A DNA stretch of 32,000 nucleotides from Erysipelotrichaceae bacterium OH741_COT-311 (GTDB lineage: Bacteria; Bacillota_I; Bacilli_A; Erysipelotrichales; Erysipelotrichaceae). Below the pieces are notes generated by a model. It was given only the letters and a program-made list of their open reading frames with translations, searched no databases and had not been told where the DNA came from. The translations under genes and the position numbers were made by a program. The stretch covers positions 90,001-122,000 of the forward strand of contig RQZE01000006.1 of NCBI GenBank assembly GCA_003858585.1. Reading direction: 5' to 3'. Positions within the stretch are counted from its first letter, which is position 1. Each line of letters begins with the position of its first letter. Of this stretch, positions 1-8,507 are shown one piece after another.

Positions 1-2350
1 TTACTTCAAAGTCCATGGATGTATATTTGCTTGTTGCAATGAGTGAACATTCTTGTTCATATTGTTTTTTATCAACATAAGTAAAACCGCTGACCTTATT
101 TTTTTGAAAGCTAGGTGGATACTCCATCGTGTTTTTTTGAACCTTATCCTTACTATAAGTATAGGGTATATATTCAAATGTTTTTTTATTAAGGGCTAAA
201 TAATAATTGCCGAATGCTTGTCTATAGTCTTTTAATGAGAGAATATAGCTGTAAGTTAATAATTGTAGTTGCAAACCGGCGTATACAAGCGAAGGAGATA
301 GCTTTAAATTTGATGATTTGTAGTCAATGACACGATAAAAAGAGCTGTTATAGTCAATGCGGTCAATCTTACCTCTTAAGCGCAGATTAGCGTTTTCCAG
401 TTTTAAAACCACGTTTTCAAAGGTATATTCTGCTTTCTTTGGTACCAGTTTTGAGGTTTGTTCAAAGGCATCTAAAAACAGAAAGACATTCTTAAGTAAA
501 TGGTTTATTTGTTGTTGTACATATGGAATGAAATAATCATCTTTAGGAAGAATCTGTTTTAAGTCACTACAACATTGTTCAACAAGGACAAAGGCATGTT
601 CCAAGTGTTTTGTATATTTTTGTTTGTAAGTGTTTGTTAAGTGTTCTAACACATAGTGCAAGATGGTGCCGATGATGCTGGAATCAATACGGAGATATTG
701 TTTTTCTTTTAGTTTAAGTCCTTGACTTAAGTAGTATTTATAAGGACAGTGGAAGTATTGTTCAAAGGAAGAAATACTTCCATCCAAATAGAGTTTATCT
801 TCTTCTTGTTTGAAGAAGAGCTCTTTGGCAGTCTCTTTGTTAAGGTAACGAAAGGAAACAGGGGAATTGTTATTTTGAATAATTGGATATTCTTGATTCT
901 TTTTTATGCGTGTTTCAATGTGATAAGAAAGCTCGATGGCTTTTCCGGTGTAAGAGCTGATTGGGTAAAAGTAATAAATGGTTTTTCCACTATGAAAAAT
1001 CCACTCTAGGTTTTTCATGTGGAGTTGATAGCGTTGTTGATTATCAATAAATGGTGTTTTAGCTAAGTATTCTTCATTGAAGTAACCACTGTATTCTTTA
1101 TAAGCCGGATAGTGGTTTTGATCTAGACCAATGACATAACTCATCTTTCTGGCATCCACAGGATGATTTAAGTCGGTTACACAGATACAATTTGAATGGT
1201 CTTCATAAAGATGATAGTGATGATTATGCAAACGATAAATCAGTTGATCAGGTTGATTTAGTAATTCTAAATGCTGTTCAATGAATTGTTTGGTACGTTT
1301 TAATGGATGATATTTTTTTAGATATTCAAAACTTGCGGTTAGTGCATCTTCAAAAGATGAACTATTTAATATGTTTAATACATCTCTACGGAAACAAACA
1401 AAAGAAAATTCTGCTTCTTTTTCTAATTCGATGAGATCTTCATAAGGAAATAATGTTGTTTCAAGTTTTAAGGCTTGATAATGCATGAATGGTTTAAAAC
1501 AATCTTCAAAGTCTTTTACATAGTTTTTTAGATAGGTAATTAGAAAAGAGCTGGCTTTTAGGGTTTGATCCATACAGATTTTAAGGAGAGTAGTAAGATC
1601 TCTTGTTTGATATAGTTCTAATAGGTTAGCTAAGTGATAACTTCCCATATCTTTTTGTCTTAAAATGGTAAAACTATAGTCTAATTGATAACGATGAAAC
1701 ACTTCTTTGATAATGTTTTGATATTGGGTATCCGTAATAATCACATTTACATCATGAAGAGGATAGTCGTGTTTGATAATATCTTGAGCGATGCATTCTA
1801 CTTCATAGCGAGTGTTTACGGTGTGATACAATTTTTCTTTTGGTGTTTTATATTGTTTTAATTCAAGTAGGGTTGCCTGTTTTTCAACCAGAAAATCAAT
1901 GATCTTTTTTTGTAGAAAGGTAGGACTTGGATATAGAATTTCCACCTCTTGAAAATTATGATTTAAGCTTTTTTGGTAGTCTTTGTAGTTATCTTGAAGA
2001 AGGGGTTTATGATAAATGCTTTCTACCAAACGATAGAGTTCTTGGTTCATTAAGGAATCTTGCGGTAAGTCTTCCAGCGTTACATCCATACTTTTTATAA
2101 GGCGTGTAAAAGAGATAATTTCATCAATGAAGCTTTGAAAGTAGAGCATTTTTTTAAAGAAGCTAACGTCTACTTCTTTAATGCATTGGCTTAATTCATA
2201 ATCGTTTGTATCTTCATTACGAAAAAAGTTACTTAAAAAAACTTCTAAACTTATAATGTTGGTGTTAATAAGATAAGGAGTTTTTGTTTGTTTTAATAAG
2301 GTTTGTGTGAATGTTTGTTGTAAATAGGTTGGTGTTAGTATTATTTTCAT
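1..2350 (-). CDS. addB: AddB/RexB-like helicase-nuclease subunit B; the C-terminus runs off the window start
   Basis: Hand translation gives an uninterrupted minus-strand frame from the ATG at 2350-2348 (MKIILTPTYLQQTF...) down to position 2. It is absent from the ORF track because no in-frame stop lies in the window; the TAA at 3-1 is out of frame. Near the window edge it reads FEQYFHCPYKYYL and LRGKIDRIDYNSSFYRVIDYKSS. This is the GxIDRID...hhDYKS PD-(D/E)XK motif typical of AddB/RexB nuclease domains. Confidence 0.65.
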   Translation of the reverse strand, partial: MKIILTPTYLQQTFTQTLLKQTKTPYLINTNIISLEVFLSNFFRNEDTNDYELSQCIKEVDVSFFKKMLYFQSFIDEIISFTRLIKSMDVTLEDLPQDSLMNQELYRLVESIYHKPLLQDNYKDYQKSLNHNFQEVEILYPSPTFLQKKIIDFLVEKQATLLELKQYKTPKEKLYHTVNTRYEVECIAQDIIKHDYPLHDVNVIITDTQYQNIIKEVFHRYQLDYSFTILRQKDMGSYHLANLLELYQTRDLTTLLKICMDQTLKASSFLITYLKNYVKDFEDCFKPFMHYQALKLETTLFPYEDLIELEKEAEFSFVCFRRDVLNILNSSSFEDALTASFEYLKKYHPLKRTKQFIEQHLELLNQPDQLIYRLHNHHYHLYEDHSNCICVTDLNHPVDARKMSYVIGLDQNHYPAYKEYSGYFNEEYLAKTPFIDNQQRYQLHMKNLEWIFHSGKTIYYFYPISSYTGKAIELSYHIETRIKKNQEYPIIQNNNSPVSFRYLNKETAKELFFKQEEDKLYLDGSISSFEQYFHCPYKYYLSQGLKLKEKQYLRIDSSIIGTILHYVLEHLTNTYKQKYTKHLEHAFVLVEQCCSDLKQILPKDDYFIPYVQQQINHLLKNVFLFLDAFEQTSKLVPKKAEYTFENVVLKLENANLRLRGKIDRIDYNSSFYRVIDYKSSNLKLSPSLVYAGLQLQLLTYSYILSLKDYRQAFGNYYLALNKKTFEYIPYTYSKDKVQKNTMEYPPSFQKNKVSGFTYVDKKQYEQECSLIATSKYTSMDFEV

Positions 2351-2375
2351 ACCTAAATTATAAGCGATTCTAGTT

Positions 2376-2405
2376 TAAAAAAAAGAACTTTTTGAGAAAA
2401 GTTCT
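2376..2405 (-). terminator. Rho-independent terminator after the DUF1700 gene
   Basis: On the minus strand, AGAACTTTT / AAAAGTTCT forms a 9-bp stem (2384-2392 with 2397-2405) with a 4-nt loop, followed by a run of 8 T (A-run 2377-2384 on the plus strand). It overlaps the stop codon at 2404-2406. Confidence 0.6.
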
Positions 2406-3849
2406 ATTTTATAATCAGTGATTGTTCACTTATGGTATAGATGTCTTTATAGGCTGATGGTAATACAACTTGAAAGGTTTCTTGTTCTCTATATACATTT
2501 TTGCGATACTTGAAGCAAGCAATGAGTAAATTAGCAAATTCTTTTGTATGTTTCATGTTAATGTCATTTTCGATATATATTTGTTGGAATTGTTTCGTTT
2601 GTTCAAAATGTATTGATCTTCCTAATATGGCATCAACAGATATCTGCATTTCATCATTTAAAGTATCATCATAACTTACTTGAATCGGACGAGTAAAATA
2701 GACGGATTGCTTTGGATTTATTTTTATCGTTTTGGTAAGTGTATTGACAGGAACATATTGACTTACAAAGCTTACAGAAGCTTGGTCAAATTGTGATAGT
2801 TCATATGCTGATGCAAAGACGCCGGTTGCAAGTAAAGCAAACATGGCTGCCGATAGGAATAACCAATGGCGATGTACTCCTTTTTTAGTTTGAAAGATTG
2901 TGCGGTAGATGCCTGTGATGATCAAATAAAGTAGACCCATGGCACCCACGGTTAACATGGCAAAGCCGATAAAGAAAATACCTTTTGTTAGTAAAAAGAG
3001 TAATCCGGCAAATAATAATATCGTTGAAAGGAATAATACTAAGAAAGGAGATAAGAAGATAAGGGTAAAGAAGCGTATGATAAAGACTAGGATACGAATG
3101 CTAATGTCTTTGGCAATGCTTGTAGTTACTTTTTCTTCTTTTTTTTCTTGATAATCACTTAAGATTTCTACGTTTTTATTTTCTACCTGTAAGTCTTGTT
3201 TCATCTGTTCTTTCATAGTGTTTTGATAGGAATCATCTGCACGCTTATTGAGCTCCTTAAATTTAGCAATGTTTGATTTTATGGACGGTTTGATAATATT
3301 TTCAACATTGAGGGGCTCTTTACTTTTTGCAGCGTTATAGACACTAAATAAAACGGTTATGGCAATCAGTAGATGAAGCATGCCAAAGATAATGGATACA
3401 ATAAAATTGGCAATAGTTGATAAAAAGCTTGGAAAGATAATGTCAAAGATTACAATGATAATCGTCTTGATAATGAATAAGGGTAGTTTTGCAACGGCAA
3501 TAATGATTAAGGCTACTACTAAGAAGACGACAAATTTTGAAGTGCCTTCGACATTAAAATCTGCAAAGATGGTTTTAAAGAAACGAATGGAATAGTTAAT
3601 GATATCTGTAATTAAGATGCCTGTTTTATGGGCTAAAGAATCATCTTGATTGATGTGATAGGCTTGATTAATATCTTTAACCAATTCATTGATATCACCA
3701 AAAGAGGCAACGGCTTCTTCTTCACTTAGTCCATCTTGTACTTTTTGATCAATATAATCACTGTATTCATCAATGATATCTTTGATTTCACTTTCCTCTA
3801 AATTACTTAATTTTAGTTTAAGTAGTGAAAGAAAACTTTCTTTATTCAT
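2404..3849 (-). CDS. DUF1700 (HAAS-type) multi-pass membrane protein, the PadR-associated sensor partner
   Basis: The N-terminus MNKESFLSLLKLKLSNLEESEIKDIIDEYSDYIDQKVQDGLSEEEAVASFGDINELVKDI matches the DUF1700 pattern. Several hydrophobic segments and a about 130-aa C-terminal non-TM domain follow. I chose the ATG at 3849 (SD GGAAAGGA upstream, ATGAATAA overlap with the upstream stop) over the track start at 3867. Confidence 0.7.
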   Translation of the reverse strand: MNKESFLSLLKLKLSNLEESEIKDIIDEYSDYIDQKVQDGLSEEEAVASFGDINELVKDINQAYHINQDDSLAHKTGILITDIINYSIRFFKTIFADFNVEGTSKFVVFLVVALIIIAVAKLPLFIIKTIIIVIFDIIFPSFLSTIANFIVSIIFGMLHLLIAITVLFSVYNAAKSKEPLNVENIIKPSIKSNIAKFKELNKRADDSYQNTMKEQMKQDLQVENKNVEILSDYQEKKEEKVTTSIAKDISIRILVFIIRFFTLIFLSPFLVLFLSTILLFAGLLFLLTKGIFFIGFAMLTVGAMGLLYLIITGIYRTIFQTKKGVHRHWLFLSAAMFALLATGVFASAYELSQFDQASVSFVSQYVPVNTLTKTIKINPKQSVYFTRPIQVSYDDTLNDEMQISVDAILGRSIHFEQTKQFQQIYIENDINMKHTKEFANLLIACFKYRKNVYREQETFQVVLPSAYKDIYTISEQSLIIK

Positions 3850-4396
3850 TCGATGCATCCTTTCCATTAAGGAAACGGTCTAGTGCATTTACGCCTTTTT
3901 GTGCAAGTTCTACTGTTTTTACTTTAGCTTTTTTAATATTTGCCTGTGTTTTTTCACTTTTTAGATAGTTATTAATGTCGTGATACACTTTAACCGTTTC
4001 TTTCTTTAAAGAATCTACAAAGCCTTGTACTTTTGGATCGGTATAAATACCTTGGGCTTGTTGTTTTAAGTCATGTAGGGCTGTATGTAAGTCCGTGTTG
4101 TTTTTAATGTCATTGATTTTTTGAATGGTATATTGTGTTGCCTCTTTTGTCTTAGCGATAATCTTGGCAAAGAGAGTTTCTAAATAATGCTCATCTTGCT
4201 CGTGTTGAACAAGCTCTTCTAAACGCACAATGGCTTCTTTAATCGTGTTAACGGTATTGTTTTTGATTTCTTCAATGCGTTTTGCATTATGTGGGCTTGC
4301 CAGTTGTTGATTTTTTGAAGCAATGTCTTCAATTTCAAGAATTTTGTTTTGCATTTCTGTAATAGTTTCGTGTAGTTTTTCATTAATATTTGTCAT
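3842..4396 (-). CDS. All-helical coiled-coil protein of unknown function
   Basis: 184-aa ORF that is K/E/Q-rich, heptad-like and has no TM segment. It sits 2 nt after the padR stop and overlaps the DUF1700 start, so it is part of that operon. Confidence 0.55.
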   Translation of the reverse strand: MTNINEKLHETITEMQNKILEIEDIASKNQQLASPHNAKRIEEIKNNTVNTIKEAIVRLEELVQHEQDEHYLETLFAKIIAKTKEATQYTIQKINDIKNNTDLHTALHDLKQQAQGIYTDPKVQGFVDSLKKETVKVYHDINNYLKSEKTQANIKKAKVKTVELAQKGVNALDRFLNGKDASNE

Positions 4397-4398
4397 TG

Positions 4399-4710
4399 TT
4401 ATTCTCCTTTAATAAATTTATTAATACTATCTGAAAAGTGGATCCATTCCGCTTTCAGCTGTTTCATCGTTTGAATGCCGTTGCTAGTGATGCGATAATA
4501 TTTTCTTGGAGGTCCTTCGGTGGATTCCATCAAATACGTTTCAAAGATATGGTCGTTGGTCATACGTTTCAATAAGGGATAAATGGTGCCTTCGTTGACA
4601 TGAACAACTTGGCAGACTCTTTTAACCAGTTCATATCCATAAATATCGGCTTCACTTACAACCATCATAACGACAAGTTCAAGTACACCTTTTTTAAATT
4701 GACTATTCAT
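4399..4710 (-). CDS. PadR family transcriptional regulator
   Basis: The winged-helix signature LVVMMVVSEADIYGYELVKRV...NEGTIYPLLKRM...YLMESTEGPPRKYYRITSNG is typical of PadR. I chose the ATG at 4710 behind AGGAGGTAAC (4711-4720) rather than the TTG at 4755. Confidence 0.85.
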   Translation of the reverse strand: MNSQFKKGVLELVVMMVVSEADIYGYELVKRVCQVVHVNEGTIYPLLKRMTNDHIFETYLMESTEGPPRKYYRITSNGIQTMKQLKAEWIHFSDSINKFIKGE

Positions 4711-4726
4711 GTTACCTCCTGATATC

Positions 4727-4755
4727 AATGTATCACCACTACCTTGTATTGTCAA
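4727..4755 (-). promoter_or_regulatory. Sigma-A-type promoter of the padR operon
   Basis: On the minus strand: TTGACA (4755-4750), a 17-nt spacer, then TACATT (4732-4727), just upstream of the RBS. A TGATATCA palindrome lies between the -10 and the RBS and could be an operator. Confidence 0.5.
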
Positions 4756-4853
4756 GTACTAGGTATAATTTATTAATTTATGAAAGGTAAGTATAGTATT
4801 ATTTTTATTTAATGATATAATTTATTTAAATAGTAGTCGGAGGTAAATAATAT

Positions 4854-5660
4854 ATGACTTTGTTTTCCATTCTAGAATCGGTTGAAGATGTTAGAAAAGG
4901 TGGCTATTTAGCTGATTTTAATGGGTATCTGGAAGATTATTTAGAAATTATGGATTCAAATGAAGAGGCATATGAGGTATTTAAAACGTTGTTTGAAGCA
5001 AATCCCGATTTAAAGATAATTGTTAATTATCGTACTAATATTTCTAAGGAATCTATCTCTAACCAAATTATTCGTTATAAAGATGTATTTAAGTTAAAAG
5101 AAAATTCGATTGTATGTCCTTATATCTTATATGGGAAAGAGCATGATGTTGAAAAGGCAATTCTGTTAACAAATGAAAGCTATATCTTTGCAAAAGGATT
5201 GTATTATTGTTTAACAGAACCGTTTAATACGTTTCAAGAAGTTAATAATGATTTACTGGCGATGTGCTTGGATAAGCCTGAATTAATAGTAAAAGTATTT
5301 AGTCGTTTATTTACGTACCGTACAGGTGCTTTACAACGTGAAGTAGATCAAAGTTATTTTACAAGCTATGAAGATGCAAAAACTTCAGCGTTGCAACTGT
5401 CTTTCAACTTGAAAGAAAAAGCTCAACAAGAATTAATTGGTAAAGAAGAGGCGAATGAATACATTACAGGATTAATTGTAAAATGGTTTTTAATTAAGAA
5501 ATATATTTATGTACAGTATATGATTAATAAAGACATTTTAAAAAATGTCCATGAGGGTAATGTTAAGAAGCAACGAAATCAAGCTAAAATCTATGCGGAT
5601 GAAGTAAGTTTCTTATCGTTTTCTGAACTTTGGAAACTTGCGACCAATAAACAGGCATAA
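4854..5660 (+). CDS. Hypothetical protein with no recognisable motif
   Basis: 268-aa ORF with SD GGAGG 8 nt upstream and a GATATAAT -10 upstream. It is soluble and I recognise no family motif. Confidence 0.55.
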   Translation: MTLFSILESVEDVRKGGYLADFNGYLEDYLEIMDSNEEAYEVFKTLFEANPDLKIIVNYRTNISKESISNQIIRYKDVFKLKENSIVCPYILYGKEHDVEKAILLTNESYIFAKGLYYCLTEPFNTFQEVNNDLLAMCLDKPELIVKVFSRLFTYRTGALQREVDQSYFTSYEDAKTSALQLSFNLKEKAQQELIGKEEANEYITGLIVKWFLIKKYIYVQYMINKDILKNVHEGNVKKQRNQAKIYADEVSFLSFSELWKLATNKQA

Positions 5661-5715
5661 TTCTTGCATATAGAAATAAGACAACTATAATTAAACTAGA
5701 TGAAGGAGAAAAAAG

Positions 5716-6153
5716 ATGAAATTACAAAAAGAATTTAATTCATATTTAGCAGATTTAGCAGTTATTACATTTAAATTACACAACCTACATTGGAACGTAG
5801 TAGGTACTCAATTTGTTGCGGTTCATGAATTTACTGAATCAATTTATGACACAACATTTGAATACTTTGATGAAGTTGCAGAGCATCAAAAATTCTTTGG
5901 TGTTATGCCGGATTGCACATTCGCTGATTATTTAAAAAATGCGACAATCAAAGAAATTCCTGCGAAAAAGTTTACAGCGGAAGAAGTGTTAAGCATTGTT
6001 CATGAAGATTTAACAACATTAAGAAATAAAGCGACAGAGTTAAGAAATGCTGCTGATGAAGAAGGATGGTTCTCAGCGGTTGCGTTGTTTGAAGGTCATG
6101 TAGATTACTACAACAAACAATTATGGTTTGTTGCTGCAACATTAGATAAATAA
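5716..6153 (+). CDS. dps: Dps family DNA-protection / ferritin-like protein
   Basis: LADLAVITFKLHNLHWNVVGTQFVAVHEFTESIYD...FDEVAEHQ is the Dps ferroxidase-centre pattern (HW...H...E...D...E). The size (145 aa) is typical, and SD GAAGGAG is present. Confidence 0.88.
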   Translation: MKLQKEFNSYLADLAVITFKLHNLHWNVVGTQFVAVHEFTESIYDTTFEYFDEVAEHQKFFGVMPDCTFADYLKNATIKEIPAKKFTAEEVLSIVHEDLTTLRNKATELRNAADEEGWFSAVALFEGHVDYYNKQLWFVAATLDK

Positions 6154-6165
6154 GAAAGTATAAGG

Positions 6166-6192
6166 ACTGCCAAAATGGCAGTTTTTATTTTT
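6166..6192 (+). terminator. Rho-independent terminator after dps
   Basis: ACTGCCA (6166-6172), loop AAA, TGGCAGT (6176-6182), followed by TTTTATTTTT. Confidence 0.75.
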
Positions 6193-6249
6193 CTGGAAAA
6201 AGTTAGTATAATAAAGGCGAAGGGATAGTCCTTGAAAGGAGACCGGAAC

Positions 6250-6567
6250 ATGAAAAAAGAATTCTTTAACTATATTAGCTATCTATTGATTCTCATTCTT
6301 TTCTATGTACTTCTTCCTCTAGGGATTAAAGATACAGGAAGTGGGATGTTTATTTTAATTGGATTACTTCCAATCTTAGTATTCCTTTTATCTATTGTCT
6401 TTGGTATAAAGCATAGAGTACAGTGGCATTTTTCAGTGCTTGTAGCTTTATTATGGATACCATTTATTTACATTTATTTTAATGATAGTGCGATGATGTA
6501 TGCAGCTATCTATGGTGTCTTAAGTTTAGTTGGACAATGGATTGGTAGTTTAACAAATAGAAGATAA
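6250..6567 (+). CDS. Small integral membrane protein (3-4 TM), unknown function
   Basis: The ATG at 6250 follows AAAGGAG. The sequence is almost entirely hydrophobic (YISYLLILILFYVLLPL, MFILIGLLPILVFLLSIVFGI, etc.). Confidence 0.55.
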   Translation: MKKEFFNYISYLLILILFYVLLPLGIKDTGSGMFILIGLLPILVFLLSIVFGIKHRVQWHFSVLVALLWIPFIYIYFNDSAMMYAAIYGVLSLVGQWIGSLTNRR

Positions 6568-6576
6568 GAGGATGTT

Positions 6577-7482
6577 ATGCGAGAGTTGATATTTCGAGGT
6601 TATAAAAAAACAAGGAATTACTTTGAAGGTTGGTATTTTAAGTTTGTCGATGAGAGTCATGATTTGATTCTCATTTTAATACCGGGGATTTCAAAGTTTA
6701 AGGAAGATATGGCTTTTGTACAATATATTTTACATTATAAAGGAATGGTAAAAAGTGGATGTTTAAGATATGCATTGGATGCTTTTGAAATTGGCACTCC
6801 TTTTCACTTGAAATTTGAACATGGTTTTATATCAAAGGATACTGTAGAAATAAGGATAGATGATATCGATATAAAATTACAGCTAAAAGAATTTACACCT
6901 TTAAAAACAAGTCTGTTTAATCCCTCTATCATGGGGTTCTTTGAATATCTTCCTATGCCATGTTTTCATGATGTGATTAGTATGAATCATGAAGTAGTAG
7001 GAAAGGTAAAGATGCAAGAGGAAACGATAGCTTTTAAAGGAAAAGGCTATATAGAAGCAGATCGAGGGAAAAGTTTTCCAAAGTATTATCTTTGGGCACA
7101 ATGTAATCATTTTAAAAAAAGTAATGCTTCTTTGTTTCTTTCCGTTGCGGATATTTCTACAAAGTTTTTTAAGTTTTTAGGGCATATTGCAGTGTTTTAT
7201 TATGAAGGGAAAGAGTATCGTTTTGCGTCTTATCTTGGTAGTAAAGTAACAGTTGAAGTATCAAAAGATAAACAAAATGCGAGTGTATGTTTTTCAAATC
7301 GAAAGCATACATTACGCTGTTACATTGAATTAAAGGAAGGAAATACACTTATTGCACCAATGCATGATAAAATGGATTTTAAAATTAAGGAACAAGTGAA
7401 GTCATATATTCAGATTGAGTTTGATGACTATCAAGATGAAAGTTCCTTTTGTGCAAGTGAGTTAGTAAATTGGAAGGGATAA
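6577..7482 (+). CDS. Tocopherol-cyclase-like family protein
   Basis: The N-terminal NYFEGWYFKF resembles the FFEGWYFRV motif of the tocopherol cyclase (VTE1/PF14249) family, and the about 300-aa size fits the bacterial homologues. The assignment is from memory of the motif only. Confidence 0.45.
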   Translation: MRELIFRGYKKTRNYFEGWYFKFVDESHDLILILIPGISKFKEDMAFVQYILHYKGMVKSGCLRYALDAFEIGTPFHLKFEHGFISKDTVEIRIDDIDIKLQLKEFTPLKTSLFNPSIMGFFEYLPMPCFHDVISMNHEVVGKVKMQEETIAFKGKGYIEADRGKSFPKYYLWAQCNHFKKSNASLFLSVADISTKFFKFLGHIAVFYYEGKEYRFASYLGSKVTVEVSKDKQNASVCFSNRKHTLRCYIELKEGNTLIAPMHDKMDFKIKEQVKSYIQIEFDDYQDESSFCASELVNWKG

Positions 7483-7490
7483 ATTTTAAA

Positions 7491-8255
7491 ATGGATAAAC
7501 AAGCATTATACAAAGTATGGAAAGAAGAGGAAACTCAAGCACATATCAAGGGTTGGGATTTTTCGCACATATATCATCGCTATAAGGAAGAAAATGATCT
7601 TCCTTGGGATTTTAAAACCATTATTCACACCTATTTAAAGGATGACATGAAACTTTTAGATATGGAAACAGGTGGTGGAGAGTTTCTACTTTCTTTAAAT
7701 CATCCTTACAACAATACTTCTGCTATTGAAGGATATAAGCCCAATGTAGAATATTGTAAAGAGGTATTATTACCATTAAGGATTGACTTTAAAGAAGCCG
7801 ATGGAGAAGAGATCTTGCCATTTGAAAAAGAGTCATTTGATCTTATTACGAATCGTCATGGTGCATATAATATTGCAGAATTAACTAGAGTGTTAAAGAA
7901 AGATGGATTGTTTATTACCCAACAAGTTGGAGCAGAAAATGACAAAGAACTGATTCATCTTCTTCAACCCGAACTTACTACATTTGCCTATTCTAAGCAT
8001 TATTTAGATTTTCAAAAACAAGAGTTTATAAATCACGGTTTTGAAATTATAGAATGTGGGGAAACATTTCGACCCATCTATTTCTATGATGTTGGTGCCT
8101 TAGTTTGGTTTGCAAGAATCATTGAGTGGGAATTTCCAGGATTTTCCGTGGATACACATTTAGAGAATTTATACAAAGCTCAAGAAATGTTAGAGAAACA
8201 CGGTTTTATTGAAGGAAGCATCCATCGTTTTTATATCGTTGTGAAAAAGAAGTAG
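7491..8255 (+). CDS. Class I SAM-dependent methyltransferase (small-molecule type)
   Basis: Motif I is LLDMETGGGEFLL and the post-I/II region is FDLITNRHGAY...VLKKDGLFITQQVG. There is no DPPY/NPPY or PCQ DNA-methyltransferase motif. I chose the ATG at 7491; the track start at 7470 overlaps the upstream gene. Confidence 0.7.
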   Translation: MDKQALYKVWKEEETQAHIKGWDFSHIYHRYKEENDLPWDFKTIIHTYLKDDMKLLDMETGGGEFLLSLNHPYNNTSAIEGYKPNVEYCKEVLLPLRIDFKEADGEEILPFEKESFDLITNRHGAYNIAELTRVLKKDGLFITQQVGAENDKELIHLLQPELTTFAYSKHYLDFQKQEFINHGFEIIECGETFRPIYFYDVGALVWFARIIEWEFPGFSVDTHLENLYKAQEMLEKHGFIEGSIHRFYIVVKKK

Positions 8256-8436
8256 AGATTCTTTGTTATGCTATCTTGTTTCTAATAGATAGAAAAGTAG
8301 AATGTAAGTGAATATTGATGAATATTAAATTAATATATTTAAGGAAAGGAATAAAAGAAAAATGATAGTTAATATAAGCCTACAATGATATAATAGCAAC
8401 ATATAAAGGACTAATTTAAAATATATAATATTGATA

Positions 8437-8456
8437 AAAATGTATATAATTAATTA
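8437..8456. repeat. Left copy of an imperfect direct repeat flanking the nuclease islet
   Basis: AAAATGTATA-TAATTAATTA here matches AAAATGTATA-aag-TAATTAATTA at 9681-9703 (20 of 20 identical apart from a 3-nt indel). The AT-rich context makes a chance match possible. Confidence 0.3.
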
Positions 8457-8507
8457 CAAAAGATGAATACTATAGATTTACCCAAAATTTAAGGAGGGGG
8501 AATAAAC

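Noticed and set aside
1-3. The window begins with TTA (TAA on the minus strand), which looked like the stop codon of the AddB-like gene.
   Set aside because: Translating back from the ATG at 2350-2348 shows the coding frame uses codons at 4-2 (..DFEV), so the TAA at 3-1 is out of frame. The gene is truncated by the window edge, which also explains its absence from the ORF track.
749-1009. 86-aa plus-strand ORF.
   Set aside because: It lies entirely antisense within the AddB/RexB-like coding frame and has low-complexity, F/L-rich content typical of antisense AT-rich frames.
2351-2375. A TATAAT (minus strand) only about 6 nt upstream of the addB-like ATG, suggesting a leaderless transcript.
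   Set aside because: A single hexamer in AT-rich DNA, with no -35 and no supporting data. Read-through from the upstream operon is equally possible.
2939-3595. Plus-strand ORFs of 70 and 71 aa (2939-3151 and 3380-3595).
   Set aside because: They are antisense to the TM-rich part of the DUF1700 gene, K/I/M-rich mirror frames with no SD.
8256-8507. Repetitive-looking AT-rich strings (TATATAAT, TAATTAAT) as a possible CRISPR or tandem-repeat array.
   Set aside because: There is no regular repeat-spacer periodicity. This is simple low-complexity AT-rich DNA with promoter-like hexamers.
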